DNA from: Paragordius varius
Lineage: Eukaryota > Animalia > Nematomorpha
NCBI GenBank assembly: GCA_964247055.1
Contig: OZ176054.1
Location: forward strand, 806,001 to 870,000
DNA: 64,000 nucleotides
Reading direction: 5' to 3'
Under the pieces are notes generated by a model. The model had not been told where the DNA came from, did not search any database, and worked only from the letters and a program-made list of their open reading frames with translations. Position numbers and translations under genes: made by a program. Shown here one piece after another: positions 41,340-55,232 of the stretch; the stretch's first letter is position 1, and each line of letters starts with the position of its first letter.

Positions 41340-44300
41340 AGATAGTTTGACAAACTCTTTCATATCCGATTTTTACAACGATACTTTAAAAATTAATGTG
41401 TTAAACTAGTCGCATCAATACTCAAGTTAAACTTTGTCCTAAAAAATCGAATATTGGTCACCGGTGACCAAAATTATTTTTTATATATTCTCTTGGTAAG
41501 ACTACATCAAAATATAGAAATAGTTTGACAAACTCTTTGATATCCGATTTTTACATCGATACTTTAAAAATTAATGTATAAAACTAGTCGCATCAATACT
41601 CAGCTTAAACTTTGTCCTTAAAAATCGAATATTGGTCACCGGTGAACAAAATTATTTTTTATACATTCTCTTAGTAAGACTACATCAAAATATAGAGATA
41701 GTTTGACAAACTCTTTCATATCCGATTTTTACAACGATACTTTAAAAATTAATGTGTTAAACTAGTCGCATCAATACTCAAATTAAACTTTGTCCTTAAA
41801 AATCGAATATTGGTCACCGGTGAACAAAATTATTTTTTATATATTCTCTTAGCAAGACTACATCAAAATATAGAGATAGTTTGACAAACTCTTTCATATC
41901 CGATTTTTACAACGATACTTTAAAAATTAATGTATAAAACGAGTCGTATCAATAAATCGCATCAATACTCAAGTTAAACTTTGTCCTTAAAAATCGGATA
42001 TTGGTCACCGGTGAACAAAATTATTTTTTATATATTCTCTTAGCAAGACTACATCAAAATATAGAGATAGTTTGACAAACTCTTTCATATCCGATTTTTA
42101 CAACGATACTTTAAAAATTAATGTATAAAACTAGTCGCATCAATACTCAACTTAAACTTTGTCCTTAAAAATCGAATATTGGTCACCGGTGAACAAAATT
42201 ATTTTTTATACATTCTCTTAGTAAGACTACATCAAAATATAAAGATAGTTTGACAAACTCTTTCATATCCGATTTTTACAACGATACTTTAAAAATTAAT
42301 GTATTAAACTAGTCGCATCAATAAATCGCATCAATACTCAAGTTAAACTTTGTCCTTAAAAATCGGATATTGGTCACCGGTGAACAAAATTATTTTTTAT
42401 ACATTCTCTTAGTAGGACTACATCAAAATATAGAGGTAGTTTGTCAAACTCTTTCATATCCGATTTTTACAACGATACTTTAAAAATTAATGTATTAAAC
42501 TAGTCGCATCAATACTCAGCTTAAACTTTGTCCTTAAAAATCGAATATTGGTCACCGGTGAACAAAATTATTTTTTATACATTCTCTTAGTAAGACTACA
42601 TCAAAATATAGAGATAGTTTGACAAACTCTTTCATATCCGATTTTTACAACGATACTTTAAAAATTAATGTGTTAAACTAGTCGCATCAATACTCAAATT
42701 AAACTTTGTCCTTAAAAATCGAATATTGGTCACCGGTGAACAAAATTATTTTTTATATATTCTCTTAGCAAGACTACATCAAAATATAGAGGTAGTTTGT
42801 CAAACTCTTTCATATCCGATTTTTACAACGATACTTTAAAAATTAATGTATAAAACTAGTCGCATCAATACTCAACTTAAACTTTGTCCTTAAAAATCGA
42901 ATATTGGTCACCGGTGAACAAAATTATTTTTTATACATTCTCTTAGTAAGACTACATCAAAATATAGAGATAGTTTGACAAACTCTTTCATATCCGATTT
43001 TTACAACGATACTTTAAAAATTAATGTATTAAACTAGTCGCATCAATAAATCGCATCAATACTCAACTTAAACTTTGTCCTTAAAAATCGAATATTGGTC
43101 ACCGGTGAACAAAATTATTTTTTATACATTCTCTTAGTAAGACTACATCAAAATATAGAGATAGTTTGACAAACTCTTTCATATCCGATTTTTACAACGA
43201 TACTTTAAAAATTAATGTATTAAACTAGTCGCATCAATAAATCGCATCAATACTCAAGTTAAACTTTGTCCTTAAAAATCGGATATTGGTCACCGGTGAA
43301 CAAAATTATTTTTTATACATTCTCTTAGTAGGACTACATCAAAATATAGAGATAGTTTGTCAAACTCTTTCATATCCGATTTTTACAACGATACTTTAAA
43401 AATTAATGTATTAAACTAGTCGCATCAATACTCAAGTTAAACTTTGTCCTTAAAAATCGGATATTGGTCTCCGGTGAACAAAATAATTTTTTATACATTC
43501 TCTTAGTAAGACTACATCAAAATATAGAGGTAGTTTGACAAACTCTTTCATATCCGATTTTTACAACGATACTTTAAAAATTAATGTATTAAACTAGTCG
43601 CATCAATACTCAAGTTAAACTTTGTCCTTAAAAATCGGATATTGGTCACCGGTGAACAAAATTATTTTTTATATATTCTCTTAGCAAGACTACATCAAAA
43701 TATAGAGATAGTTTGACAAACTCTTTCATATCCGATTTTTACAACGATACATTAAAAATTAATGTGTTAAACTAGTCGCATCAATACTCAAGTTAAACTT
43801 TGTCCTAAAAAATCGAATATTGGTCACCGGTGACCAAAATTATTTTTTATATATTCTCTTGGTAAGACTACATCAAAATATAGAAATAGTTTGACAAACT
43901 CTTTGATATCCGATTTTTACATCGATACTTTAAAATTTAATGTATTAAACTAGTGGCATCAATACTCAAATTAAACTTTGTCCTTAAAAATCGGATATTG
44001 GTCACCGGTGAACAAAATTATTTTTTATACATTCTCTTAGTAAGACTACATCAAAATATAGAGATAGTTTGACAAACTCTTTCATATCCGATTTTTACAA
44101 CGATACGTTAAAAATTATGGTATTAAACTAGTCGCATCAATACTCAAATTAAACTTTGTCCTTAAAAATCGGATATTGGTCACCGGTGAACAAAATTATT
44201 TTTTATATATTCTCTTAGCAAGACTACATCAAAATATAGAGATAGTTTGACAAAGTCTTTCATATCCGATTTTTACAACGATACTTTAAAAATTAATGTA

Positions 44301-47300
44301 TAAAACTAGTCGCATCAATACTGAACTTAAACTTTGTCCTTAAAAATCGAATATTGGTCACCGGTGAACAAAATTATTTTTTATACATTCTCTTAGTAAG
44401 ACTACATCAAAATATAGAGATAGTTTGACAAACTCTTTCATATCCGATTTTTACAACGATACTTAAAAATTAATGTAATCAACTAGTCGCATCAATAAAT
44501 CGCATCAATACTCAAGTTAAACTTTGTCCTTAAAAATCGGATATTGGTCACCGGTGAACAAAATTATTTTTTATACATTCTCTTAGTAGGACTACATCAA
44601 AATATAGAGATAGTTTGTCAAACTCTTTCATATCCGATTTTTACAACGATACTTTAAAAATTAATGTATTAAACTAGTCGCATCAATACTCAAGTTAAAC
44701 TTTGTCCTTAAAAATCGGATATTGGTCTCCGGTGAACAAAATAATTTTTTATACATTCTCTTAGTAAGACTACATCAAAATATAGAGGTAGTTTGACAAA
44801 CTCTTTCATATCCGATTTTTACAACGATACTTTAAAAATTAATGTATTAAACTAGTCGCATCAATACTCAAGTTAAACTTTGTCCTTAAAAATCGGATAT
44901 TGGTCACCGGTGAACAAAATTATTTTTTATATATTCTCTTAGCAAGACTACATCAAAATATAGAGATAGTTTGACAAACTCTTTCATATCCGATTTTTAC
45001 AACGATACTTTAAAAATTAATGTGTTAAACTAGTCGCATCAATACTCAAGTTAAACTTTGTCCTAAAAAATCAAATATTGGTCACCGGTGACCAAAATTA
45101 TTTTTTATATATTCTCTTGGTAAGACTACATCAAAATATAGAAATAGTTTGACAAACTCTTTGATATCCGATTTTTACAACGATACTTTAAAAATTAATG
45201 TATAAAACTAGTCGCATCAATACTCAACTTAAACTTTGTCCTTAAAAATCGAATATTGGTCACCGGTGAACAAAATTATTTTTTATACATTCTCTTAGTA
45301 AGACTACATCAAAATATAGAGATAGTTTGACAAACTCTTTCATATCCGATTTTTACAACGATACTTAAAAATTAATGTATTAAACTAGTCGCATCAATAA
45401 ATCGCATCAATACTCAAGTTAAACTTTGTCCTTAAAAATCGGATATTGGTCACCGGTGAACAAAATTATTTTTTATACATTCTCTTGGTAAGACTACATC
45501 AAAATATAGAAATAGTTTGACAAACTCTTTGATATCCGATTTTTACATCGATACTTTAAAATTTAATGTATTAAACTAGTCGCATCAATACTCAAATTAA
45601 ACTTTGTCCTTAAAAATCGGATATTGGTCACCGGTGAACAAAATTATTTTTTATACATTCTCTTAGTAAGACTACATCAAAATATAGAGATAGTTTGACA
45701 AACTCTTTCATATCCGATTTTTACAACGATACGTTAAAAATTATGGTATTAAACTAGTCGCATCAATACTCAAATTAAACTTTGTCCTTAAAAATCGGAT
45801 ATTGGTCACCGGTGAACAAAATTATTTTTTATACATTCTCTTAGTAAGACTACATTAAAATATAGAGATAGTTTGACAAACTCTTTCATATCCGATTTTT
45901 ACAACGATACTTTAAAAATTAATGTATAAAACTAGTCGCATCAATACTCAACTTAAACTTTGTCCTTAAAAATCGAATATTGGTCACCGGTGAACAAAAT
46001 TATTTTTTATACATTCTCTTAGTAAGACTACATCAAAATATAGAGATAGTTTGACAAACTCTTTCATATCCGATTTTTACAACGATACTTAAAAATTAAT
46101 GTATTAAACTAGTCGCATCAATAAATCGCATCAATACTCAAGTTAAACTTTGTCCTTAAAAATCGGATATTGGTCACCGGTGAACAAAATTATTTTTTAT
46201 ACATTCTCTTAGTAGGACTACATCAAAATATAGAGATAGTTTGTCAAACTCTTTCATATCCGATTTTTACAACGATACTTTAAAAATTAATGTATTAAAC
46301 TAGTCGCATCAATAGTCATACTTTGTCCTTAAAAATCGAATATTGGTCACCGGTGAACAAAATTATTTTTTATATATTCTCTTAGTAAGACTACATCAAA
46401 ATATAGAAATAGTTTGACAAACTCTTTCATATCCGATTTTTACAACGATACGTTAAATATGGTATTAAACTAGTCGCATCAATACTCAAATTAAACTTTG
46501 TCCTTAAAAATCGAATATTGGTCACCGGTGAACAAAATTATTTTTTATACATTCTCTTAGTAAGACTACATCAAAATATAGAGATAGTTTGACAAACTCT
46601 TTCATATCCGATTCTTACAACGATACTTTAAAAATTAATGTATAAAACTAGTCGCATCAATACTCAAGTTAAACTTTGTCCTTAAAAATCGGATATTGGT
46701 CACCGGTGAACAAAATTATTTTTTATATATTCTCTTAGCAAGACTACATCAAAATATAGAGATAGTTTGACAAACTCTTTCATATCCGATTTTTACAACG
46801 ATACATTAAAAATTATGGTATTAAACTAGTCGCATCAATACTCAAATTAAACTTTGTCCTTAAAAATCGAATATTGGTCACCGGTGAACAAAATTATTTT
46901 TTATACATTCTCTTGGTAAGACTACATCAAAATATAGAAATAGTTTGACAAACTCTTTGATATCCGATTTTTACATCGATACTTTAAAATTTAATGTATT
47001 AAACTAGTCGCATCAATACTCAAATTAAACTTTGTCCTTAAAAATCGGATATTGGTCACCGGTGAACAAAATTATTTTTTATACATTCTCTTAGTAAGAC
47101 TACATCAAAATATAGAGATAGTTTGACAAACTCTTTCATATCCGATTTTAACGATACGTTAAAAATTGTGGTATTAAACTAGTCGCATCAATACTCAAAT
47201 TAAACTTTGTCCTTAAAAATCGGATATTTGTCACCGGTGAACAAAATTATTTTTTATATATTCTCTTAGCAAGACTACATCAAAATATAGAGATAGTTTG

Positions 47301-50300
47301 ACAAACTCTTTCATATCCGATTTTTACAACGATACGTTAAAAATTATGGTATTAAACTAGTCGCATCAATACTCAAATTAAACTTTGTCCTTAAAAATCG
47401 GATATTGGTCACCGGTGAACAAAATTATTTTTTATACATTCTCTTAGTAAGACTACATTAAAATATAGAGATAGTTTGACAAACTCTTTCATATCCGATT
47501 TTTACAACGATACTTTAAAAATTAATGTATAAAACTAGTCGCATCAATACTCAACTTAAACTTTGTCCTTAAAAATCGAATATTGGTCACCGGTGAACAA
47601 AATTATTTTTTATACATTCTCTTAGTAAGACTACATCAAAATATAGAGGTAGTTTGACAAACTCTTTCATATCCGATTTTTACAACGATACTTTAAAAAT
47701 TAATGTGTTAAACTAGTCGCATCAATACTCAAGTTAAACTTTGTCCTAAAAAATCGAATATTGGTCACCGGTGACCAAAATTATTTTTTATATATTCTCT
47801 TGGTAAGACTACATCAAAATATAGAAATAGTTTGACAAACTCTTTGATATCCGATTTTTACATCGATACTTTAAAATTTAATGTATCAAACTAGTCGCAT
47901 CAATACTCAAATTAAACTTTGTCCTTAAAAATCGGATATTGGTCACCGGTGAACAAAATTATTTTTTATACATTCTCTTAGTAAGACTACATCAAAATAT
48001 AGAGATAGTTTGACAAACTCTTTCATATCCGATTTTTACAACGATACGTTAAAAATTATGGTATTAAACTAGTCGCATCAATACTCAAATTAAACTTTGT
48101 CCATAAAAATCGGATATTGGTCACCGGTGAACAAAATTATTTTTTATATATTCTCTTAGCAAGACTACATTAAAATATAGAGATAGTTTGACAAACTCTT
48201 TCATATCCGATTCTTACAACGATACTTTAAAAATTAATGTATAAAACTAGTCGCATCAATACTCAAGTTAAACTTTGTCCTTAAAAATCGGATATTGGTC
48301 ACCGGTGAACAAAATTATTTTTTATATATTCTCTTAGCAAGACTACATCAAAATATAGAGATAGTTTGACAAACTCTTTCATATCCGATTTTTACAACGA
48401 TACTTTAAAAATTAATGTGTTAAACTAGTCGCATCAATACTCAAGTTAAACTTTGTCCTAAAAAATCGAATATTGGTCACCGGTGACCAAAATTATTTTT
48501 TATATATTCTCTTGGTAAGACTACATCAAAATATAGAAATAGTTTGACAAACTCTTTGATATCCGATTTTTACATCGATACTTTAAAATTTAATGTATCA
48601 AACTAGTCGCATCAATACTCAAATTAAACTTTGTCCTTAAAAATCGGATATTGGTCACCGGTGAACAAAATTATTTTTTATACATTCTCTTAGTAAGACT
48701 ACATCAAAATATAGAGATAGTTTGACAAACTCTTTCATATCCGATTTTTACAACGATACGTTAAAAATTATGGTATTAAACTAGTCGCATCAATACTCAA
48801 ATTAAACTTTGTCCTTAAAAATCGGATATTGGTCACCGGTGAACAAAATTATTTTTTATATATTCTCTTAGCAAGACTACATTAAAATATAGAGATAGTT
48901 TGACAAACTCTTTCATATCCGATTCTTACAACGATACTTTAAAAATTAATGTATAAAACTAGTCGCATCAATACTCAAGTTAAACTTTGTCCTTAAAAAT
49001 CGAATATTGGTCACCGGTGAACAAAATTATTTTTTATATATTCTCTTAGCAAGAGTACATCAAAATATAGAGATAGTTTGACAAACTCTTTCATATCCGA
49101 TTTTTACAACGATACTTTAAAAATTAATGTATAAAACGTGTCGTATCAATAAATCGCATCAATACTCAAGTTAAACTTTGTCCTTAAAAATCGGATATTG
49201 GTCACCGGTGAACAAAATTATTTTTTATATATTCTCTTAGCAAGACTACATCAAAATATAGAGATAGTTTGACAAACTCTTTCATATCCGATTTTTACAA
49301 CGATACTTTAAAAATTAATGTATAAAACTAGTCGCATCAATACTCAACTTAAACTTTGTCCTTAAAAATCGAATATTGGTCACCGGTGAACAAAATTATT
49401 TTTTATACATTCTCTTAGTAAGACTACATCAAAATATAGAGATAGTTTGACAAACTCTTTCATATCCGATTTTTACAACGATACTTTAAAAATTAATGTA
49501 TTAAACTAGTCGCATCAATAAATCGCATCAATACTCAAGTTAAACTTTGTCCTTAAAAATCGGATATTGGTCTCCGGTGAACAAAATAATTTTTTATACA
49601 TTCTCTTAGTAAGACTACATCAAAATATAGAGGTAGTTTGACAAACTCTTTCATATCCGATTTTTACAATGATACTTTAAAAATTAATGTATTAAACTAG
49701 TCGCATCAATACTCAAGTTAAACTTTGTCCTTAAAAATCGGATATTGGTCACCGGTGAACAAAATTATTTTTTATATATTCTCTTAGCAAGACTACATCA
49801 AAATATAGAGATAGTTTGACAAACTCTTTCATATCCGATTTTTACAACGATACTTTAAAAATTAATGTGTTAAACTAGTCGCATCAATACTCAAGTTAAA
49901 CTTTGTCCTAAAAAATCGAATATTGGTCACCGGTGACCAAAATTATTTTTTATATATTCTCTTGGTAAGACTACATCAAAATATAGAAATAGTTTGACAA
50001 ACTCTTTGATATCCGATTTTTACATCGATACTTTGAAATTTAATGTATTAAACTAGTCGCATCAATACTCAAATTAAACTTTGTCCTTAAAAATCGGATA
50101 TTGGTCACCGGTGAACAAAATTATTTTTTATACATTCTCTTAGTAAGACTACATCAAAATATAGAGATAGTTTGACCAACTCTTTCATATCCGATTTTTA
50201 CAACGATACGTTAAAAATTATGGTATTAAACTAGTCGCATCAATACTCAAATTAAACTTTGTCCTTAAAAATCGGATATTGGTCACCGGTGAACAAAATT

Positions 50301-50520
50301 ATTTTTTATATATTCTCTTAGCAAGACTACATTAAAATATAGAGATAGTTTGACAAACTCTTTCATATCCGATTCTTACAACGATACTTTAAAAATTAAT
50401 GTATAAAACTAGTCGCATCAATACTCAAGTTAAACTTTGTCCTTAAAAATCGAATATTGGTCACCGGTGAACAAAATTATTTTTTATACATTCTCTTAGT
50501 AAGACTACATCAAAATATAG
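41340..50520 (+). repeat. Domain enriched in the GGTGACCAA / CTCTTGGTAAG / TTTGATATCC / TACATCGAT variant haplotype
   Basis: The linked variants appear first at about 41454-41560 and recur near 43.8, 45.1, 45.5, 46.9, 47.8, 48.5 and 49.9 kb. I did not see them before 41.4 kb outside the inverted segments. Confidence 0.8.
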
Positions 50521-50697
50521 AGATAGTTTGACAAACTCTTTCATATCCGATTTTTACAACGATACTTTAAAAATTAATGTATTAAACTAGTCGCATCAAT
50601 ACTCAAGTTAAACTTTGTCCTTAAAAATCGGATATTGGTCTCCGGTGAACAAAATAATTTTTTATACATTCTCTTAGTAAGACTACATCAAAATATA

Positions 50698-50736
50698 GAG
50701 GTAGTTTGACAAACTCTTTCATATCCGATTTTTATA
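50698..50736 (+). repeat. 39-bp truncated monomer (139-bp deletion), copy 1
   Basis: GAGGTAGTTTG...CCGATTTTTATA runs directly into the next GAGATAG at 50737. Confidence 0.93.
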
Positions 50737-52111
50737 GAGATAGTTTGACAAACTCTTTCATATCCGATTTTTACAACGATACTTTAAAAATTAATATATT
50801 AAACTAGTCGCATCAATACTCAAGTTAAACTTTGTCCTTAAAAATCGGATATTGGTCACCGGTGAACAAAACTAATTTTTATACATTCTCTTAGTAAGAC
50901 TACATCAAAATGAGATAGTTTGACAAACTCTTTCATATCCAATTTTTACAACGATACTTTAATAATTAATGTATAGAACTAGTCGCGTTAAACTTTGTCC
51001 TAAAAATCGTATATTGATCACCGGTGAACAAAATATTTTTTATACATTCTCTGTAAGACTACAACAAAATATAGAGATAGTTTGACAAACTCTTTCATAT
51101 CCGATTTTTACAACGATACTTTAAAAATTAATGTATAAAACTAGTCCATCAATACTCAAGTTTAACTTTGTCCTTAAAAATCGGATATTGGTTACGTGAA
51201 CAAAATTATTTTTTATACATTCTATTATTAAGACTACATCAAAATATAGAGATAGTTTGACAAACTCTTTCATATCCGATTTTTACAACGATACTTTAAA
51301 AATTAATATATTAAACTAGTCGCATCAATACTCAAGTTAAACTTTGTCCTTAAAAATCGGATATTGGTCACCGGTGAACAAAACTATTTTTTATACATTC
51401 TCTTAGTAAGACTACATCAAAATATAGAGATAGTTTGACAAACTCTTTCATATCCGATTTTTACAACGATACTTTAAAAATTAATGTATAGAACTAGTCG
51501 CGTTAAACTTTGTCCTAAAAATTCGTATATTGATCACCGGTGAACAAAATTATTTTTTATACATTCTCTTAGTAAGACTACAACAAAATATAGAGATAGT
51601 TTGACAAACTCTTTCATATCCGATTTTTACAACGATACTTTAAAAATTAATGTATAAAACTAGTCGCATCAATACTCAAGTTTTTGTCCTTAAAAATCGG
51701 ATATTGGTCACCGGTGAACAAAATTATTTTTTACAACATTCTCTTAGTAGGACTACATCAAAATATAGAGATAGTTTGACAAACTCTTTCATATCCGATT
51801 TTTACAACGATACTTTAAAAATTAATGTATAGAACTAGTCGCGTTAAACTTTGTCCTAAAAATTCGTATATTGATCACCGGTGAACAAAATTATTTTTTA
51901 TACATTCTCTTAGTAAGACTACATCAAAATATAGAGATAGTTTGACAAACTCTTTCATATCCGATTTTTACAACGATACTTTAAAAATTAATGTATTAAA
52001 CTAGTCGCATGAATACTCAAGTTAAACTTTGTCCTTAAAAATCGGATATTGGTCTCCGGTGAACAAAATAATTTTTTATACATTCTCTTAGTAAGACTAC
52101 ATCAAAATATA

Positions 52112-52150
52112 GAGGTAGTTTGACAAACTCTTTCATATCCGATTTTTATA
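52112..52150 (+). repeat. 39-bp truncated monomer, copy 2
   Basis: Identical junction 1414 bp downstream. Confidence 0.93.
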
Positions 52151-55100
52151 GAGATAGTTTGACAAACTCTTTCATATCCGATTTTTACAACGATACTTTA
52201 AAAATTAATATATTAAACTAGTCGCATCAATACTCAAGTTAAACTTTGTCCTTAAAAATCGGATATTGGTCACCGGTGAACAAAACTAATTTTTATACAT
52301 TCTCTTAGTAAGACTACATCAAAATGAGATAGTTTGACAAACTCTTTCATATCCAATTTTTACAACGATACTTTAATAATTAATGTATAGAACTAGTCGC
52401 GTTAAACTTTGTCCTAAAAATCGTAAATTGATCACCGGTGAACAAAATATTTTTTATACATTCTCTGTAAGACTACAACAAAATATAGAGATAGTTTGAC
52501 AAACTCTTTCATATCCGATTTTTACAACGATACTTTAAAAATTAATATATTAAACTAGTCGCATCAATACTCAAGTTAAACTTTGTCCTTAAAAATCGGA
52601 TATTGGTCACCGGTGAACAAAACTAATTTTTATACATTCTCTTAGTAAGACTACATCAAAATGAGATAGTTTGACAAACTCTTTCATATCCAATTTTTAC
52701 AACGATACTTTAATAATTAATGTATAGAACTAGTCGCGTTAAACTTTGTCCTAAAAATCGTATATTGATCACCGGTGAACAAAATATTTTTTATACATTC
52801 TCTGTAAGACTACAACAAAATATAGAGATAGTTTGACAAACTCTTTCATATCCGATTTTTACAACGATATTTTAAAAATTAATGTATAGAACTAGTCGCG
52901 TTAAACTTTGTCCTAAAAATTCGTATATTGATCACCGGTGAACAAAATTATTTTTTATACATTCTCTTAGTAAGACTACAACAAAATATAGAGATAGTTT
53001 GACAAACTCTTTCATATCCGATTTTTACAACGATACTTTAAAAATTAATGTATAAAACTAGTCGCATCAATACTCAAGTTTTTGTCCTTAAAAATCGGAT
53101 ATTGGTCACCGGTGAACAAAATTATTTTTTACAACATTCTCTTAGTAGGACTACATCAAAATATAGAGATAGTTTGACAAACTCTTTCATATCCGATTTT
53201 TACAACGATACTTTAAAAAATGTATAAAACTAGTCACATCAATACTCAAGTTAAATTTTGTCCTTAAAAATCGGATATTGGTCACCGGTGAACAAAATTA
53301 TTTTTTATACATTCTCTTATTAAGACTACATCAAAATATAGAGATAGTTTGACAAACTCTTTCATATCCGATTTTTACAACGATACTTTAAAAATTAATA
53401 TATTAAACTAGTCGCATCAATACTCAAGTTAAACTTTGTCCTTAAAAATCGGATATTGGTCACCGGTGAACAAAACTAATTTTTATACATTCTCTTAGTA
53501 AGACTACATCAAAATATAGAGATAGTTTGACAAACTCTTTCATATCCAATTTTTACAACGATACTTTAAAAATTAATGTATAGAACTAGTCGCGTTAAAC
53601 TTTGTCCTAAAAATTCGTATATTGATCACCGGTGAACAAAATAATTTTTTATACATTCTCTTAGTAAGACTACAACAAAATATAGAGATAGTTTGACAAA
53701 CTCTTTCATATCCGATTTTTACAACGATACTTTAAAAAATGTATAAAACTAGTCACATCAATACTCAAGTTAAATTTTGTCCTTAAAAATCGGATATTGG
53801 TCACCGGTGAACAAAATTATTTTTTATACATTCTCTTATTAAGACTACATCAAAATATAGAGATAGTTTGACAAACTCTTTCATATCCGATTTTTACAAC
53901 GATACTTTAAAAATTAATATATTAAACTAGTCGCATCAATACTCAAGTTAAACTTTGTCCTTAAAAATCGGATATTGGTCACCGGTGAACAAAACTAATT
54001 TTTATACATTCTCTTAGTAAGACTACATCAAAATGAGATAGTTTGACAAACTCTTTCATATCCAATTTTTACAACGATACTTTAATAATTAATGTATAGA
54101 ACTAGTCGCGTTAAACTTTGTCCTAAAAATCGTATATTGATCACCGGTGAACAAAATATTTTTTATACATTCTCTGTAAGACTACAACAAAATATAGAGA
54201 TAGTTTGACAAACTCTTTCATATCCGATTTTTACAACGATATTTTAAAAATTAATGTATAGAACTAGTCGCGTTAAACTTTGTCCTAAAAATTCGTATAT
54301 TGATCACCGGTGAACAAAATTATTTTTTATACATTCTCTTAGTAAGACTACAACAAAATATAGAGATAGTTTGACAAACTCTTTCATATCCGATTTTTAC
54401 AACGATACTTTAAAAATTAATGTATAAAACTAGTCGCATCAATACTCAAGTTTTTGTCCTTAAAAATCGGATATTGGTCACCGGTGAACAAAATTATTTT
54501 TTACAACATTCTCTTAGTAGGACTACATCAAAATATAGAGATAGTTTGACAAACTCTTTCATATCCGATTTTTACAACGATACTTTAAAAAATGTATAAA
54601 ACTAGTCACATCAATACTCAAGTTAAATTTTGTCCTTAAAAATCGGATATTGGTCACCGGTGAACAAAATTATTTTTTATACATTCTCTTATTAAGACTA
54701 CATCAAAATATAGAGATAGTTTGACAAACTCTTTCATATCCGATTTTTACAACGATACTTTAAAAATTAATATATTAAACTAGTCGCATCAATACTCAAG
54801 TTAAACTTTGTCCTTAAAAATCGGATATTGGTCACCGGTGAACAAAACTAATTTTTATACATTCTCTTAGTAAGACTACATCAAAATATAGAGATAGTTT
54901 GACAAACTCTTTCATATCCAATTTTTACAACGATACTTTAAAAATTAATGTATAGAACTAGTCGCGTTAAACTTTGTCCTAAAAATTCGTTTATTGATCA
55001 CCGGTGAACAAAATAATTTTTTATACATTCTCTTAGTAAGACTACAACAAAATATAGAGATAGTTTGACAAACTCTTTCATATCCGATTTTTACAACGAT

Positions 55101-55232
55101 ACTTTTAATATTAATGTATAAAACTAGTCCCATCAATACTCAAGTTTAACTTTGTCCTTAAAAATCGGATATATGTCCCGTGAACAAAATTATTTTTTAT
55201 ACATTCTCTTATTAAGACTACATCAAAATATA

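Larger units (their letters stand above)
50698..55232 (+). repeat. Divergent satellite subfamily island with roughly 8-monomer periodicity (1372-1414 bp)
   Basis: Private variants: GTCGCGTTAAAC (12-bp deletion), TTGATCACCGG, AAAACTAATTT, CAAAATGAGAT, CTACAACAAA, TTACAACATTC. Monomer starts 52991, 53166, 53341, 53519, 53685, 53860, 54035, 54197, 54363. Confidence 0.92.

Noticed and set aside
51650-51832. 60-aa ORF on the + strand
   Set aside because: It lies wholly within satellite monomers and is open only because local indels shift stop codons. There is no recognisable domain, and the same DNA is closed in hundreds of other copies.
54945-55136. 63-aa ORF on the - strand
   Set aside because: Chance frame across divergent monomers with an AT-driven composition (I, K, F) and no gene context.
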